NCBI RefSeq assembly: GCF_964355755.1
Contig: NC_092674.1
Location: forward strand, 30,814,001-30,878,000
Direction of reading: 5' to 3'
Length of the DNA stretch: 64,000 nucleotides
Origin: Antedon mediterranea
Lineage: Eukaryota; Animalia; Echinodermata
Of the stretch, positions 25,583 through 39,300 are shown piece by piece; position 1 is the first letter of the stretch; each line of letters starts with the position of its first letter. The notes under the pieces were generated by a model. That model worked only from the letters and a program-made list of their open reading frames with translations, was not told the DNA's origin and searched no databases. The translations under genes and the position numbers were made by a program.

Positions 25583-27373
25583 TTATTTAACCCTATATTT
25601 ATAGAAATACATCAATGATTTACATAAGTTCCAGTTGATGATCACAGATACACAATAAAAAATGAGAATAAGGAGAGATGGCGGGTACAGCAACGCAATT
25701 GTCTTCTTTAAAAATGGCAGAGCTGGAAAAAATATAAACAATAACTTATTTTAATACTGTTCTGTTTTAATAACTTTATAAACAGTATAAGGTTGATTAT
25801 CATTTATACAAAACAATTTCTCCAATTTGAGAATTCAGTCTAACAATTAATATCAAATAATTAACTTTATTATAGACTTACCGGTGTATCCAAGAAACGT
25901 AATATAAACATAGTATCCCATAGCAACAAGCCACAGCGAGTTCCCAAGCAGGGTTGACAAGAAGTAATCATAACTTATTACAGCTGGAATTACAAACACA
26001 ATAAACTAAATATTAGTACAGCATAATGTTAACAGATTGACCTGCTTAGAAACAGATCTTACTAAGTTCTCTAAAATACTACATATATACTACTAAAATA
26101 TTACTGGAATATTGTAAAATACTACATACTACTAAAACATTACTGGAATATTGTAAAATACTACATACTACTAAAATATTACTGCTTTTGATATAAGTTA
26201 GATTTGTTGCTGGAAAATGATACACAATCACAATGTGTATTGTAAAAAATAAAATGGTAAACGTACGCATGTACAAGAAGAGCTGTATAACATGTAAAAG
26301 AATTAAAACTGGAAAGAATGCATTTAAATGAACGTCAAAACAGAATCCCCATTCAACCTCTTGAAAGTTCTTGTTATTCAACTTTAAGTAATGGTTCGTT
26401 ACAAACCTAGTAAAAAGTAAAAAAAAGTTTAAAATGTAGTAGCTATAATAAGAATAGGGACAGTAGTGTATTCAATGATGGTTTATCAACTGTGCATTTA
26501 CTTTTAACTTTTTTAAATAAAAAGATGTCTTACCAAAAAAAAGTAGCTATCAACAAGCCAACACCGATGCAGTCGACAAAGACAACCCAGAGTAAAAACT
26601 TTAGTGTACCAACAAATCCGAGACTCAACACAATACCAAAACCAACTGAAGACCCTGAAAATAAACATCTCAATGAGCAGTGTATAGACTGATGCCCACC
26701 ACCCATACAGGGTTAGTAGTATTCATGCTATGTTGTCCTAATATATTCTAGTCTTTGACTAAAACTTTGTGTTCTAGGTGGAGTATCACAACAACGAATT
26801 AATGTTAATTTTGGACAATTTCTTACCACAAAGCCAAATGCTTAAAAGTACTAAAAATGCTGGGTCATCTCTTGCCCATTGGTCTTTTGTTTCTGAGGAA
26901 AAAATGTGAATTTTAATACTTATTTTTTTAGAATACTTACAAATAACAAGGACACATAATTGATATAACGTATAGGGCCTATTATCTCCAGTCTTCTCTA
27001 CGAAGAGATGTTTAGTATACTTACGTTTTCTATACTGAAAGTTGCGATACCTGCAAATATAAATCAAATACATAGAATTAACATCCCTTCAGTAAAAAAG
27101 TTATCATCCGGTAATTGGTGTGAATTTGTACTATTTACTAAGGATTTTCTTAACGTATACACTAAATACAACATACACTTTTTGGGGTGACAGAAGAAGG
27201 TATAGCATCTGCCACATGGCAAAATCAAAGTCCATTTGTCTGTACTTGAATATTCTGCGAAAGTATTTTCGTCGTTTTGCTTGAGCTGTATGTCGATCCT
27301 CCATCATTCCGTTGTCACTTAGTGATCTTGGGGAAGAATTCTCAGTTTTTGATACATGTACACTCGTCAACAT
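25583..27373 (-). CDS. UNC50: Protein unc-50 homolog
   Basis: YFRRIFKYRQMDFDFAMWQMLYLLLSPQKVYRNFQYRKQTKDQWARDDPAFLVLL, EVEWGFCFDVHLNAFFP, YITFLGY, LPFLKKT. Seven GT-AG coding exons; putative 5'UTR exon near 27815-27880. Confidence 0.95.
26075..26183. repeat. Tandem repeat, ~2.5 x 42 bp (UNC50 intron)
   Basis: TAAAATACTACATACTACTAAAAYATTACTGGAATATTG repeated. Confidence 0.85.
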
Positions 27374-27949
27374 GTTTCCTGTAAAGAACACTCAATTTAT
27401 TCTAGATAAAAAAACTAAAAAGAAAGCAATTACAATTCCAGCGGAATATTGGTATTATTATTTATTTAAATATATTATTTTGTGCAGGCTATATAATCTA
27501 TAATAAAGTAGACCTATTTTAAACAAAATTAGTAGTGTAGGCTAGTGCCTATATCACCATAAACTGTGGTTATATTTCAATTTCAGCCCACAACAAAAAT
27601 CTGCCAATTTACTGTTTTGGTACGAGATGACCACTGCAGGCCTAGCTAGGTTCGAGAACTGTGTTGGTAGACTCTCTATGTTAGTAGTAGGCCGAGCTAG
27701 GCAGGGATAACATGCGAGTAGGGATGGAGGATGTCTATACCTTTACTATAAACATGCCAAATTAAAATTTAAAGACATAAGGAGAGTAACAAATTGGAAA
27801 ACTATGAAACAAACCTTAAAATACTGGCATTTGAAATTGATTCTAGGCTCGGCATTCAAGTAAAACTTTTTTTACACGTAAAACGCGACGACGTTAATTT
27901 AGTTTGCTAGAGGGCGCTGTCTGGTTTAGATCAATAATTATAAATTTGT

Positions 27950-29175
27950 TATCTTTTCGTATGTTAATACATTGTGCTCAAGTGGACCCAATTTGGAGCC
28001 AGGGGAGCACAATGATATAAACTATAAATAAGTCACTGAATGTTAATATCGTTTCGTAAGTTTAAAATATCGAGAAAAAAAAACTTCTGGAAATACTTCA
28101 AAAATATTTCAAACTTGCCATATATGTTAAATATCGGTTACTCCATCCGTAATGCAAAAGAAAAATTAGTTTCAAGCCATATCACTGAGTGATTTTAATA
28201 ACTTGCGTTTGTCTAAGATAAATACTTATTTGGTGTCCCTGGAAAGTGCACATATTCATTGAAATATGAAATTAAATATTAAGTCTCCAGTACTAGCCCA
28301 CCATGGAGCTAATAATGAAAATAGAGCCAAGAATTTTATCGCGAATGACTAACATACCATCTTCCCCATAATACACCTGCACAAACTCATTTGTATAACA
28401 ACGCACGGCATACCAAACTGTTTAAAATAGAGCTGCAATGTCCCCGGAAATGACATCTATTATTTTTTTTAACAACATATATAAGAATCTTCAGTACAGA
28501 GCAAAGACAATTTTGAAAAACAGAGCTGCATAGGTTCCCGCCCGGAAAAAAGGCACTTTAGGCCTACATGATTTGAAATTATAACAATAGACAATTATGA
28601 CAATAGAGCTTGTCTCCGGAAAGTGCACCTATTCATTGAAATATGAAATTAAATATTAAGTCTCTAGTTTTTTTAAACCAGAAACAACAGCAGAAACAAA
28701 TCCGCCACTTACAGCTTGGTTTAACAGATACAAAGACAATTACAACAACTCAGAAACACTTAAATTACGACGAAACAGATAAAGATTGGAATTAAAAATG
28801 TCGATAAGGGGATGGGCCTGGACTAAAACTATTATAAGATGTTACTGATGTAGGCCTAAACATTTTAAAGAACATTGACTCTGCTAAAGGGAACACAAAG
28901 GATATTGTTGTTTCTTTAATTTATTAAAATTTAGTGACTTTATTTCTATATACCACTGTGCTCCAAATTGGGTCCACTTGAGCACAGTGTATTAACATAC
29001 GAAAAGATATTAAAATGCAGTGACTTATTTCTTTTTTATATCACTGCTCCACTGGTGCCAAATTTGGTCCACTTGAGCACAGTGTATTAATATATGAAAA
29101 TATATTTAATTTAGTGATTTATTTCTATTCTACATCACTGTGCTCCATCGGTGCCAAATGTGATCCACTTGAGCA
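27950..29175. repeat. Degenerate foldback/inverted repeat complex between the UNC50 promoter and the THOC2 3' end
   Basis: 27950-28000 (ATCTTTTCGTATGTTAATACATTGTGCTCAAGTGGACCCAATTTGGAGC) is the reverse complement of ~28958-29010, which has about 3 tandem variants to 29175. Internal direct repeat at ~28240 and ~28617. Confidence 0.7.
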
Positions 29176-30396
29176 GTTACTGTAGTACTATTTCTATTTC
29201 GGAAGTAAATAAAGGCATAAATGAGAGAAGTAAAGAGAAGTAAAGAATGCTCCATCGTCAGAATATACCTCGAATACGAATGTAAAAGTTTTGCAGTTAC
29301 AGCAGAGATGGGATTTGAAAAATGGACGAATTCATTTATATGGAAAACCATTCAAAATAATAATGAACTAAACAATTATTATACACGTGAGAGTTGGTTT
29401 ATTCATTAAATTACCGCATTATCTCAGCATTCTTTATTACATTGGTGTTGTGAAGCTTTGACATAAGAAACTATACACTCCATTGATTTCAACCATTCTC
29501 CATTTTAAATAGTGTAATGTACATTAAAATATTACTGAACAAAAAGCCTGTTTATCCAACTGAAGTATTTTACAAATGAAGCCTAACTAACCTACAGACT
29601 GCAAACAGATTATTACAAAATAGGGTGTTTTGCTATATATATATTATATCAAAGAAGGAGACGACTTAGAAATGTTGTAAAATTTAATAGTTTATAAATC
29701 ATGAAAGATGAGTATTTTATTTTTAATTATACATTATTTTTATTAAGATAATATAAAGCATTGTATTTACTGTAAAAGAATGTATGAGTTTCCCTCCAAT
29801 TTATGAGTTTCCCTCCAATTGAATAATTGTTGACAAATTGTGTATACAAGTTATAATATAGGCAAGTGTTACAGTATACTTGAAAGACTGGTTGTCCCGT
29901 CCACTACATCAATGCTGATGAAACTGATGTTGACCAATACATACACAAACTACAAACTGGTTTTAAATCATAATTTGGTTCCAAAGATTGTTTTAAGCAA
30001 CCACTGTTACAACTTAAAAAGCTTTTCACTTTTTCCCTGTAATTAATGTATGTATACTTTTTAGTTTGTTTAGTATATTCCATCTATTTCAGTACATTAA
30101 TGTTAATGTCTTACTATAATGTTTATCCTAAAGAAACACCAGCTTTCATCCTGTAAGAGTGTGGCATTTTTTGCCTTGCACATACTTCACTCACTGAAAT
30201 TCTCAAAGAGCCAATACATTATATACAGTAATCCCACACAGTGCATTAGATCCATCTTTATCTTGTGTTTTTAAATCACATGTTTAACATTTTAACAAAA
30301 AAATACAGTCAATATAAACCGAAATTAATTAACCAAAATTTAGTAACGACTTAATAACTCCTTCCTTTTAAAAACAAGGTTACAGCTGCTTTCAGT

Positions 30397-33300
30397 TCAT
30401 GGAGATGGCTTTGAACGATGTTTTTGTAATCCTGAAAAATAAAAATAAACATTGATATCATTTAAAAAATGGTAGAATGTCTACATAAAGAAGATTACGG
30501 GTTTGAATCTCTGTTAGGGACAGCTTTTTCTAATTCTCACAGATTTCCTCATATTTTCACCATTTATAAATTAATCAATTATTTGAGGGTTTCTCCAAAT
30601 TTATGTAACTAAAATCAAAACATTTGCCAAGCTTATTTATTTGTCTATAGCTCTGTCTACACTATCAGACTAAAAGAAAAGTGTGATGTTCCCAAATATG
30701 TTAGTGATATGCTTAAATATGGTAGTGATATGATGTCATTGTGTCCATATATAAGCGCATCACATTTTTTTTTCACTTGAAGTTTGATAGTGTAGACAGA
30801 GCTTAAGACAGTGAAAATTACCAATTTAAAGTGGAACCTACCATCAATGCTATCCTCCTTGTCCTTCTTGCTTTTTTTTTCCCTCTTGTTTTCTTTCCCA
30901 TCTTCCCTGTGTTCCTTCCTTCCATCCTCTTTACTTTCTTTTCTGGAAGGTTTTTCATCACTTTTCTTTTCTTTTGACTAAAAAATTTAACCATAACAAT
31001 ATTTTAAATGTTATGTGTTTGTTTTTTTTCTTTTTGGTAAACTATAAAAATTCTACTTTATAAATGTTAAAATAATAAATGAAGGTCAGAGTTCAAGTGC
31101 TATTTTTAAGTCAGGATTTAAGCCAACATACACAGTCAACTCTCCCAATACCGGACACGCTTGGGCTGACTGGAAATACTGGTATTCAGAATAAGTTTTA
31201 ATGGTAAAAAAATAATTTAGAAACTGTTGGACCTCAAGAAAAATTTTGTTTTGAAAGAGTTTCCGGTTTTTAGAGAGTACAATAAAACAGCATTTTGTAT
31301 TTCTACTTACCCTTTTTCGTTCACCATCTTGTGAACTTTTACTGCTTTTACTTTTACGCTCTTTCCCGATTTCTTCGTTGTTTCTTGGTGACTTTGAGAA
31401 TTTAGTACCTAAAAAATAAACTTATATTTCTGTAAAGGAAACTTTATGTAAAAACAAATGTGATGTGTCCATATATGGACACAATGATGTCATATCACTA
31501 CCATGTTTGGGCACATCAAATTTTTGTTGTTGTCTAAACAAGGCTTTCTGAAGTTATTTTACTGTGATATTTAGATAACATAAGAACATAGAGCAACCAA
31601 CCTGACTCTTCCTCCTTATGTCGTTTAACCTCATGATCTTCTCTTTCGATATCAGGCATTTCTCGTTTCTTTTCATTTCTTTGACCTCTATCTTTATCTT
31701 TTCTTTCTCTATTCTGAAATGACAAATGGCAATGAAATAAAAAGAAAAATAAAAGCAAAAGACCATTTTTTATGAGATTATTTTTTTTATTATTTTTAAA
31801 CCGATAAATATCAATGTAATTTTTTAAGGCGAGACATTGTTTTATGAAATTATTTAGATATCAACAACTGTTAGGGAGTCTTAATAATTTAAACTGATTA
31901 TTAAAATAAAATGGTTTTTCTTCTTTTTCAAAAAAGACAACTAAAAATAAATATTTCATAAGTCTTACTTTTCTGTTCTACGACAGTGGCACATGGAGAG
32001 AGAAAAGTTAGTAAATTTCAAAACAAATCTCTAAGATATAAACAGTATGTACAGAAATGAGATTGAAATGTCAACATATGCAAATGAGTGGAAGATATGC
32101 AAATGAGTGGTAGTGGTTAACATAGATAACTAATGTATGGTGGACAGAGTGTTGGGGGAAAAAAAGGTTTAAGTAAATAAACAAGAAAATATCATTGTTA
32201 GGATTAGATAAAAACAAAATTGAAAATGAAAACAATTATTAAAACATCATTTTAGTTTTACTGCAAAGAAATGCAATCTGTTAATCAGATACTCACCACA
32301 AAGCCTTGTAACAACTACAGCTTAATGTTTAAGCTGCTCAACCCTGCATCTCACACACAGCTACTGTAACAGCACTACCGGTAGTTATTGGTTCTCCCAA
32401 AAACAACAGCAAACCGACACTGGTTTCTTTGGGGCAGTACTGCATTGGGGTATCTTCACCAGCCCAATAGTGGTAGAAATACTTACATCGTAGATAACTA
32501 TACTATTTACTTGCTAAGGAGGATTTTTAACACGCCATTTCTTGCGGTTTACTTCTATTTTAAAGGTAGTGATGTATTTGGGCTTCCTTCGGTTTGGTCC
32601 TATGTCAGCCTGGTATTCACATTGTAGTCTTAAGGTAACTATACTATTTACTTGCTAAGGAGGATTTAAAACACGCTTTTCCTTGCGGTTTACAACACAC
32701 TTCTATTTTAAAGGTGTATTTGGGCATCCTTCGACACGGTTTGGTCAGCTTGGTGTTCTCACTGTAGTGATAAGCAGACAACGTTTCTCAGAGCTCCAAT
32801 ATTAATTACTAACCTTTGAAACTGTGCTGGATGCACTTCCCTCCATTTTCCTCCTCTTTGGTTCTACAATTTTAAAAAGAATACTATTGTAATAATAAAA
32901 TTATTCGGCAAAAGTTCAAAATGACACACTTTAAGCAAAGATTAAGTAATAGACATTAGCACAAATAATAATAAAATAATTTGGAAGTACAGTAGTGTAT
33001 TATTTGTGTATGTTGTGGATCTATTATCTCCTACCAGTGACTTACTCAACTTGTAAACATTGTAAAGCCAACTCTCCCAATACTAGAATCTCTGAAAACT
33101 GGAAACTCTCTCAGACTTTTCTTAAGTTCCCAAATTCTTTTTTTGCCATTAAAAACACTTTTTGAATATTGAGAGTTGACTGTATTGGAAGGCACTCAAA
33201 ATTGGCATTACCACTTGTGGCGGTGTGATGCAGTCTATGTGGCATTATTATAATTATGGTAAACATGTTTTAGGACACATCTTATTATGTGTTTACCTCG

Positions 33301-36300
33301 TTCCGATTCATCCCTAACTGGTGACAGTTCTTGTCTGATTGGTACGTTAGCAGATCCTTGACTTGAGCTGCTGGATGTCTCACTACTTGCACGCTGTTCC
33401 TTCTCATCACCTTTACTCTTTCCATCTCTTTTGGATTCTTCCCTTCTATCTTCTTTATCTTTCTTACTTTTTGTCTTTTCCTCTCTCCCATTCTCTTCTT
33501 TTATTTTTATTGAGTGACCTTTTTCTTTTTCCTCTCTGTGACTTTTGCTAGATCTGTGATTCTTTTCTTCCTTTATTTTTCTGCTCTTACTTTCAATTTT
33601 GTCTTCTTTTGATTCTTTATCTTTGTTCATACTCTTGGAACTAAAGTAAAAAATAATATATATCCAATGTAAGTAAAGTTATGTATTAGAAATATTTACA
33701 AATATCAATTTAGGCAACAACAAAAAACAAATTATAATATATTTAGTTATAATGTTAATTTTGTCCAATTTCAATTGGTTTTGCATACAAACAAAAGTTT
33801 TGATAAATACAAACATAACATTGGGAATGTAAACATTGATTTTAAATTTTGATTTGATTGATTTTATTTTTTAAATTATATTTTTTCCGTACAAACCTTT
33901 GATCTGTCTTTTTACTGTGATGCAAGTCACTCTTACTGCTGCTGGAGGTGATTCTTTCCTTCTTTTCAATATTTTCACCTATAAAAGTAAATTGAAAAAT
34001 ACTGAGAATACTTTGACACAAATATGAGAACGTCTATTTTCTTTAAAAATACTTGTCTAAATCGGGTTTGTGTGCTACATTTCTTCTTCAAATACAATGT
34101 GTATAAATGAAATTTTTAAATGTTTATACTTTTTATATAAGAATGTAAATGCAATGCCACTTATTAATAATTTATTTTCTGTTATCAAATGTTATTGAAT
34201 GAATATTTAATGTAATTTTGATAATGATGATGATAGCATACAGTATATAGCCAATTAAATCTAAACAATACAAGCAAAGTTTTAATAGGCTTTTGACATA
34301 CCATTGACTCTAACATCCGGTTCGGTCTTCACTTGTACTTGTTCTGAATCAGTAGCATCTGCTGTACCAGGCTCTTTCTTCACATTTATAGGTGCTGATG
34401 CTTTGGCCTAAACACACCAGATAATAAGAGAGATAGAGTATGTTTGTATGGTTGTTAACTAGTATCAGTATAGCCATAATAATGTGTTGTTTTTGTAAAC
34501 TTTATGTGTTTCATATGGACAGTTTGTCTGAAATAAAGTTGAATAATAATAATAATAATTACACAAAAAGAAAGGAATATTGGATGCCAAATTGAAATAA
34601 ACAATATATAACATCTCACCTCTTTTGTGTGAAACTTGGCTTCAGGAATCATGGAAGGCTTCCGAGCCTTTAGCTGGCCGGAATATCTATAAAAAAACAG
34701 GTTAAACAATTATTGATATATTAACAAATTATGTTAAGTGTTTTATTGCACAGATGCATTTTATTAGGCAATTCTACTTTTTCATTATACAGATATAATT
34801 TTGTTATGTTTTATTGCAATTAATTTCCTAATGCAAAAGTCGTACCCCATAGCTAGAGCATAGATATCGGGACGCTTTTCTTTTTCTTCAACCCGGATTT
34901 TGTCAACACGCTTCTCTAAAACATTTCCAAGATTCTCAACCAATGGAAAGTATGGTAGAATCTAAAAAAAGAACAATGGCCATTTTAATTTAATGTGAAA
35001 AGGAGAACAAGATCTAGAACTGAATGTTTGCAAAAACATTGCTGTACAGTAAGTACCATCTCTATTGGATCAACAAAAAACATTGCTGTACAATAAGTAC
35101 CATCTCTATTGGATCAACAAAAAAGAAAAATTAAAAAGGGAACATTTAACATACTACAAAACCTTTGGTATAAGATCAATAATCAATAATAATCAATAAT
35201 GCTTTAAATTAATAATCATTTTTAATTAATAGTTTACCTTTGTTAAGAGAATGAGAGTGTTGCGTATCTGAGTGTAGTCTTTGGATTCCAAGCAAGCCAC
35301 AACTGCCTGCAAAATTTAAATGATCAAATTAATTATTTAAGCCCTATGAATATATTCGACAGAGCTCTGATTGGTTGGCATGTATTAACCACCACAAATA
35401 GTACAGTAGTGAAAAATATGAACAAGTATAAAATACAAAAATTAATCATGAAAACAAATGAATAGTATATAAGATTAGCTCCAATACAATAATTACCTTT
35501 GTTAACTTGTATTGCCATTTGTGGCAGACGTGTCTGAAATTTTCAAAATCTAACTGATCAGCTTTGTTACTTGATTCTGCACCACTAGCTCTCAACACCG
35601 TCACAAATCCAGGAAAATCACCACATTCCTAAAATACAACAAGCAGGCAGGCTTAAGAAGGATGTACCATACATGGCACCGTAGTTGGCTGCCAATAACA
35701 TGACATGACAAAGGTATATGAGGTGATGTCTTCTACTTGCTAACTCACCTTCTCATAAACACTTTTATCAGAGTGCCATTTGATGACTTGGCTCAGCATG
35801 CAACACAAGAACCTTCCATACCGACTTGCCTCGCTTTCTGTACAACTTGTTAACGTATACGTAATTTCTGAGAACACCTAAAAAGAAAAACATTTTTCCA
35901 TTATACAATTTAAACGTGCTCGAGAGCAGAGGGGTGTAAATGGTTCCTCTGCTTTTCTTCTTTTTTTTGGTTAGGATATTTTATGAATCATTTTTGTGTG
36001 TAAAGGGCTTAGAAACATTGTATTAGGCGCTATATAAGACTACCATTATTATTATATACTACATAAAGTACAATCTTTTTTTATTTCATACAGTACCTAT
36101 CCAACTGTAACTAACTAAACTATATCATGCTTATAAATAGATTTATTTGGGGCTTGGGAGTGGTTTGATAGTGTAGACACATCTTTAGTTACTTACTCTA
36201 TCATAACAAAGAAGAGTGGAGAAGTTCTCAGTTTTCAAATTGTGGATAACAAGTACAAACTTAGCACAATACATTGCGTCACTTGCTGTAAAGCAACATC

Positions 36301-39300
36301 GTGGAAATATACACAGCTGTAGAAACTGGGTTATTGTCTCATTTTTGGTAGATCCTGCAAAAAAAAAGTTTATTTAGATATTTTATTCTTTTTTTTTCCA
36401 TGCTGCAGCATAAACAAACACTTTTACAAAATTATTGTTTCCGGAGTACAAACAGTACAAAAGTATGGATTTCCATGCTACACCAAGAGTATAAACACAA
36501 GCAGTACATCATATAATGTTTTTCATGCTACATCCTGCCAAACAACTTACTTTTTGGGAACCATCCCTGGCACTGTTGTTTTAATCGTGCCATCACCCTG
36601 TTACAATGGTCTTGCTGCTTCTTTACTTCATCTTTCAGTTTATCCATTAAAATTTGATATCGCTCAGATTCTTTCTTTCTCTTCGCAGAAACCTAGAAAG
36701 ACAGAAATATGAAGCACAATATTAAAATTTGTTATTCTGTAAAGGATTCTGTCAGGATTTTTTCTAAAGACTAAAGACTTGTAATAAGACTTTGTTTATG
36801 TAGAGCATCCTGTGTATATGTTTGTCTTGTGAACCTCTGAGGGTCCCTAATGATCAGCAATTGCTGGATAGATCACCCTCATTAAATATGGTAAAAAAAA
36901 AAAATTTTATTTTTAAAAATTAAAAAAAATACATTTGATATTATTTTAGTGGGAACTGAATGCTATGGGCTATCTACTGACCAAAAACAAAGCTCTGTGT
37001 TTACAGGCCAAAAAAATAAAATTATATTGAATATTCAAGCATCATGTAATAGCAGTTTTATGTACAACTATAAATTATTATTAATACTATGTAACATGAC
37101 TGACTGTGTATATATTGTATCCAACTGTATTAATGGTTTATACAATGTGACATGATATACCGTACACTCACCATATCTTAATGGTTTATACAATGTGACA
37201 TGATATACCGTACACTCACCATATCTTAATGGTTTATACAATGTGACATGATATACCGTACACTCACCATATCTTAATGGTTTATACAATGTGACATGAT
37301 ATACCGTACACTCACCATATCTTTGTTGTCCTCTAGACTTGCCATATTCATCTTCACTTTGTTGATTTCTTTCTCATAACTTGCATGTGGTACATCCAAG
37401 TCGTACATTGATAATGTCCAAAATGACACATAAAACTGTGGACTAGATATTAATATAGAAAACACAAAAACTTTATTATCTATTTTATTTTTTTTTTTCC
37501 TTTCAGTGAAACATAAAATGGAGCACTGAGGAGAGACAAGAGTTGTCAAAGACAATTATCGCCAAAGGGGCGTGTCTCTCCAACTATGAAATTAATGCAA
37601 AATAATTTCAGCTTGTTTAAATATCATTGTATAGAAGGTTTATAATATTCCATCAATCTGTCCCTACTCTCACATAGTTTTCGATTTATTTATTCCTTGG
37701 CACACTTAGGAGAAACAATAGCTGTCAAAGACAATTATTGCCAAAGGGCTTGTCTCTCTTATGTAAATTTCCATGACAACATAAAGAAACAAGAACAGTT
37801 ACCTGATATCATCCCAGACTTTAATATGATGTAATGATTTGACATCTTCTACTAATGGCTCCAATACAGACTCACTAGCTTCTACAAAACGTTGCGTCTT
37901 TAATGAAGTACTCGACGATTGCTTTAAAGAACGATCAACTTTCCGCAGTTCATCAAACTTTGACTATTCATAAAAAATAAATGTATTCATAAATATCATA
38001 TAATGTTGTTACAGAAACAAACAAGAGTGACTCTAATACCCCTTTCACAGCCCCTAATCTATGGAGTGAGTTTATACACACTGGATGCACTGTTGCACAC
38101 CATACAAAATGTGTTGACACCACGGTGTGTTAAACTTAAAAGCTAGGGAATGTGAAAGGGCTATTAATCCTAATGGGAATACATTTAAATTACATTTAAA
38201 ATGAGCAATTTAAAAAAATTGCAGTCGTTACTTTTATTGAACTGTAGAAGCTCATCTCGAAAACAAGTCCACACAAGAGTATTAAAAGAAGCCCATGGGC
38301 TTATTTTCAAGCTTTTCAACTGAATGTTTTGTTTCAATTAAGAGAGATGTTTATATTTTATCATTTTAAAGCAGGCCTCTGGATATCAGCTGGTCTGCAG
38401 CTTTAACTGGAAGAGTTAACCTCTATAAATAAAGTGGAAATAAAATAAATAAGAGGACACTTACCATAATAGCGTGTTGACACATCGGTCGGTACAAAAA
38501 GAATGCGGAGTCAGGGGTGAGGTGATACTCTTGAACCATGGCCTTAAGAGTTGGAAGGTGCTTTATGTAATCTTCTGAACTTAGGTGATTTGCAAGGAAA
38601 TTACCAAGTTGAACTAGCGTGTCTTGACACTGAAAACGCAAACAAAACAATTCATTTAACAAGTGCAAGAAATAACAGGAGAAGAAAAGAAGGGTGAAGA
38701 AAAGAAGGGTAAAGAGAAGATACAATGGGTGTAAAATGGAATTTACAATTTTTTTATTTATTATTAATTTACACTGGGTGACCAGTGGTTGTGATGTACT
38801 AGTACACAGGGGTAATCCCCTATCTGACCATAAAGAACTTGGTACACTATTTAAAAATAGTAGGAAGTCGTCTCCCGGTGTGTTGATCGTGGTCCTGTAC
38901 TGGGCCCTCTGGGAGAACAGCCTTACTGAAGAGGTAACCAAGTATAAACAACAGAGAGAGCATTATATTGTCTGTATTAAGCTCTGTCTACACCAAAGTT
39001 TGATAGTGTAGACAGAGCTTTAGGATAGTACTTAAAATAACATACTTGATCATAGAGTTTGCCAATAAGTTTCAGATGTCTCTCTTTTCCGTCTTTGAAT
39101 ATAACACATAGCCTTTGTTGAGCAATTAGAATACATAATGGAGCCACTAGATTGTGATCTAAGAACGTGTCTTTTAACCTCTGAGATGACTTCTTTGTGT
39201 TTCTTACTTGAGAAAAATATCCACCCTGTTCAAACAAAAAATAAATACACAAGTTTGTAAAATATGAGTTTGTTCATATGTATGTTAGCCTTGATTGTTT

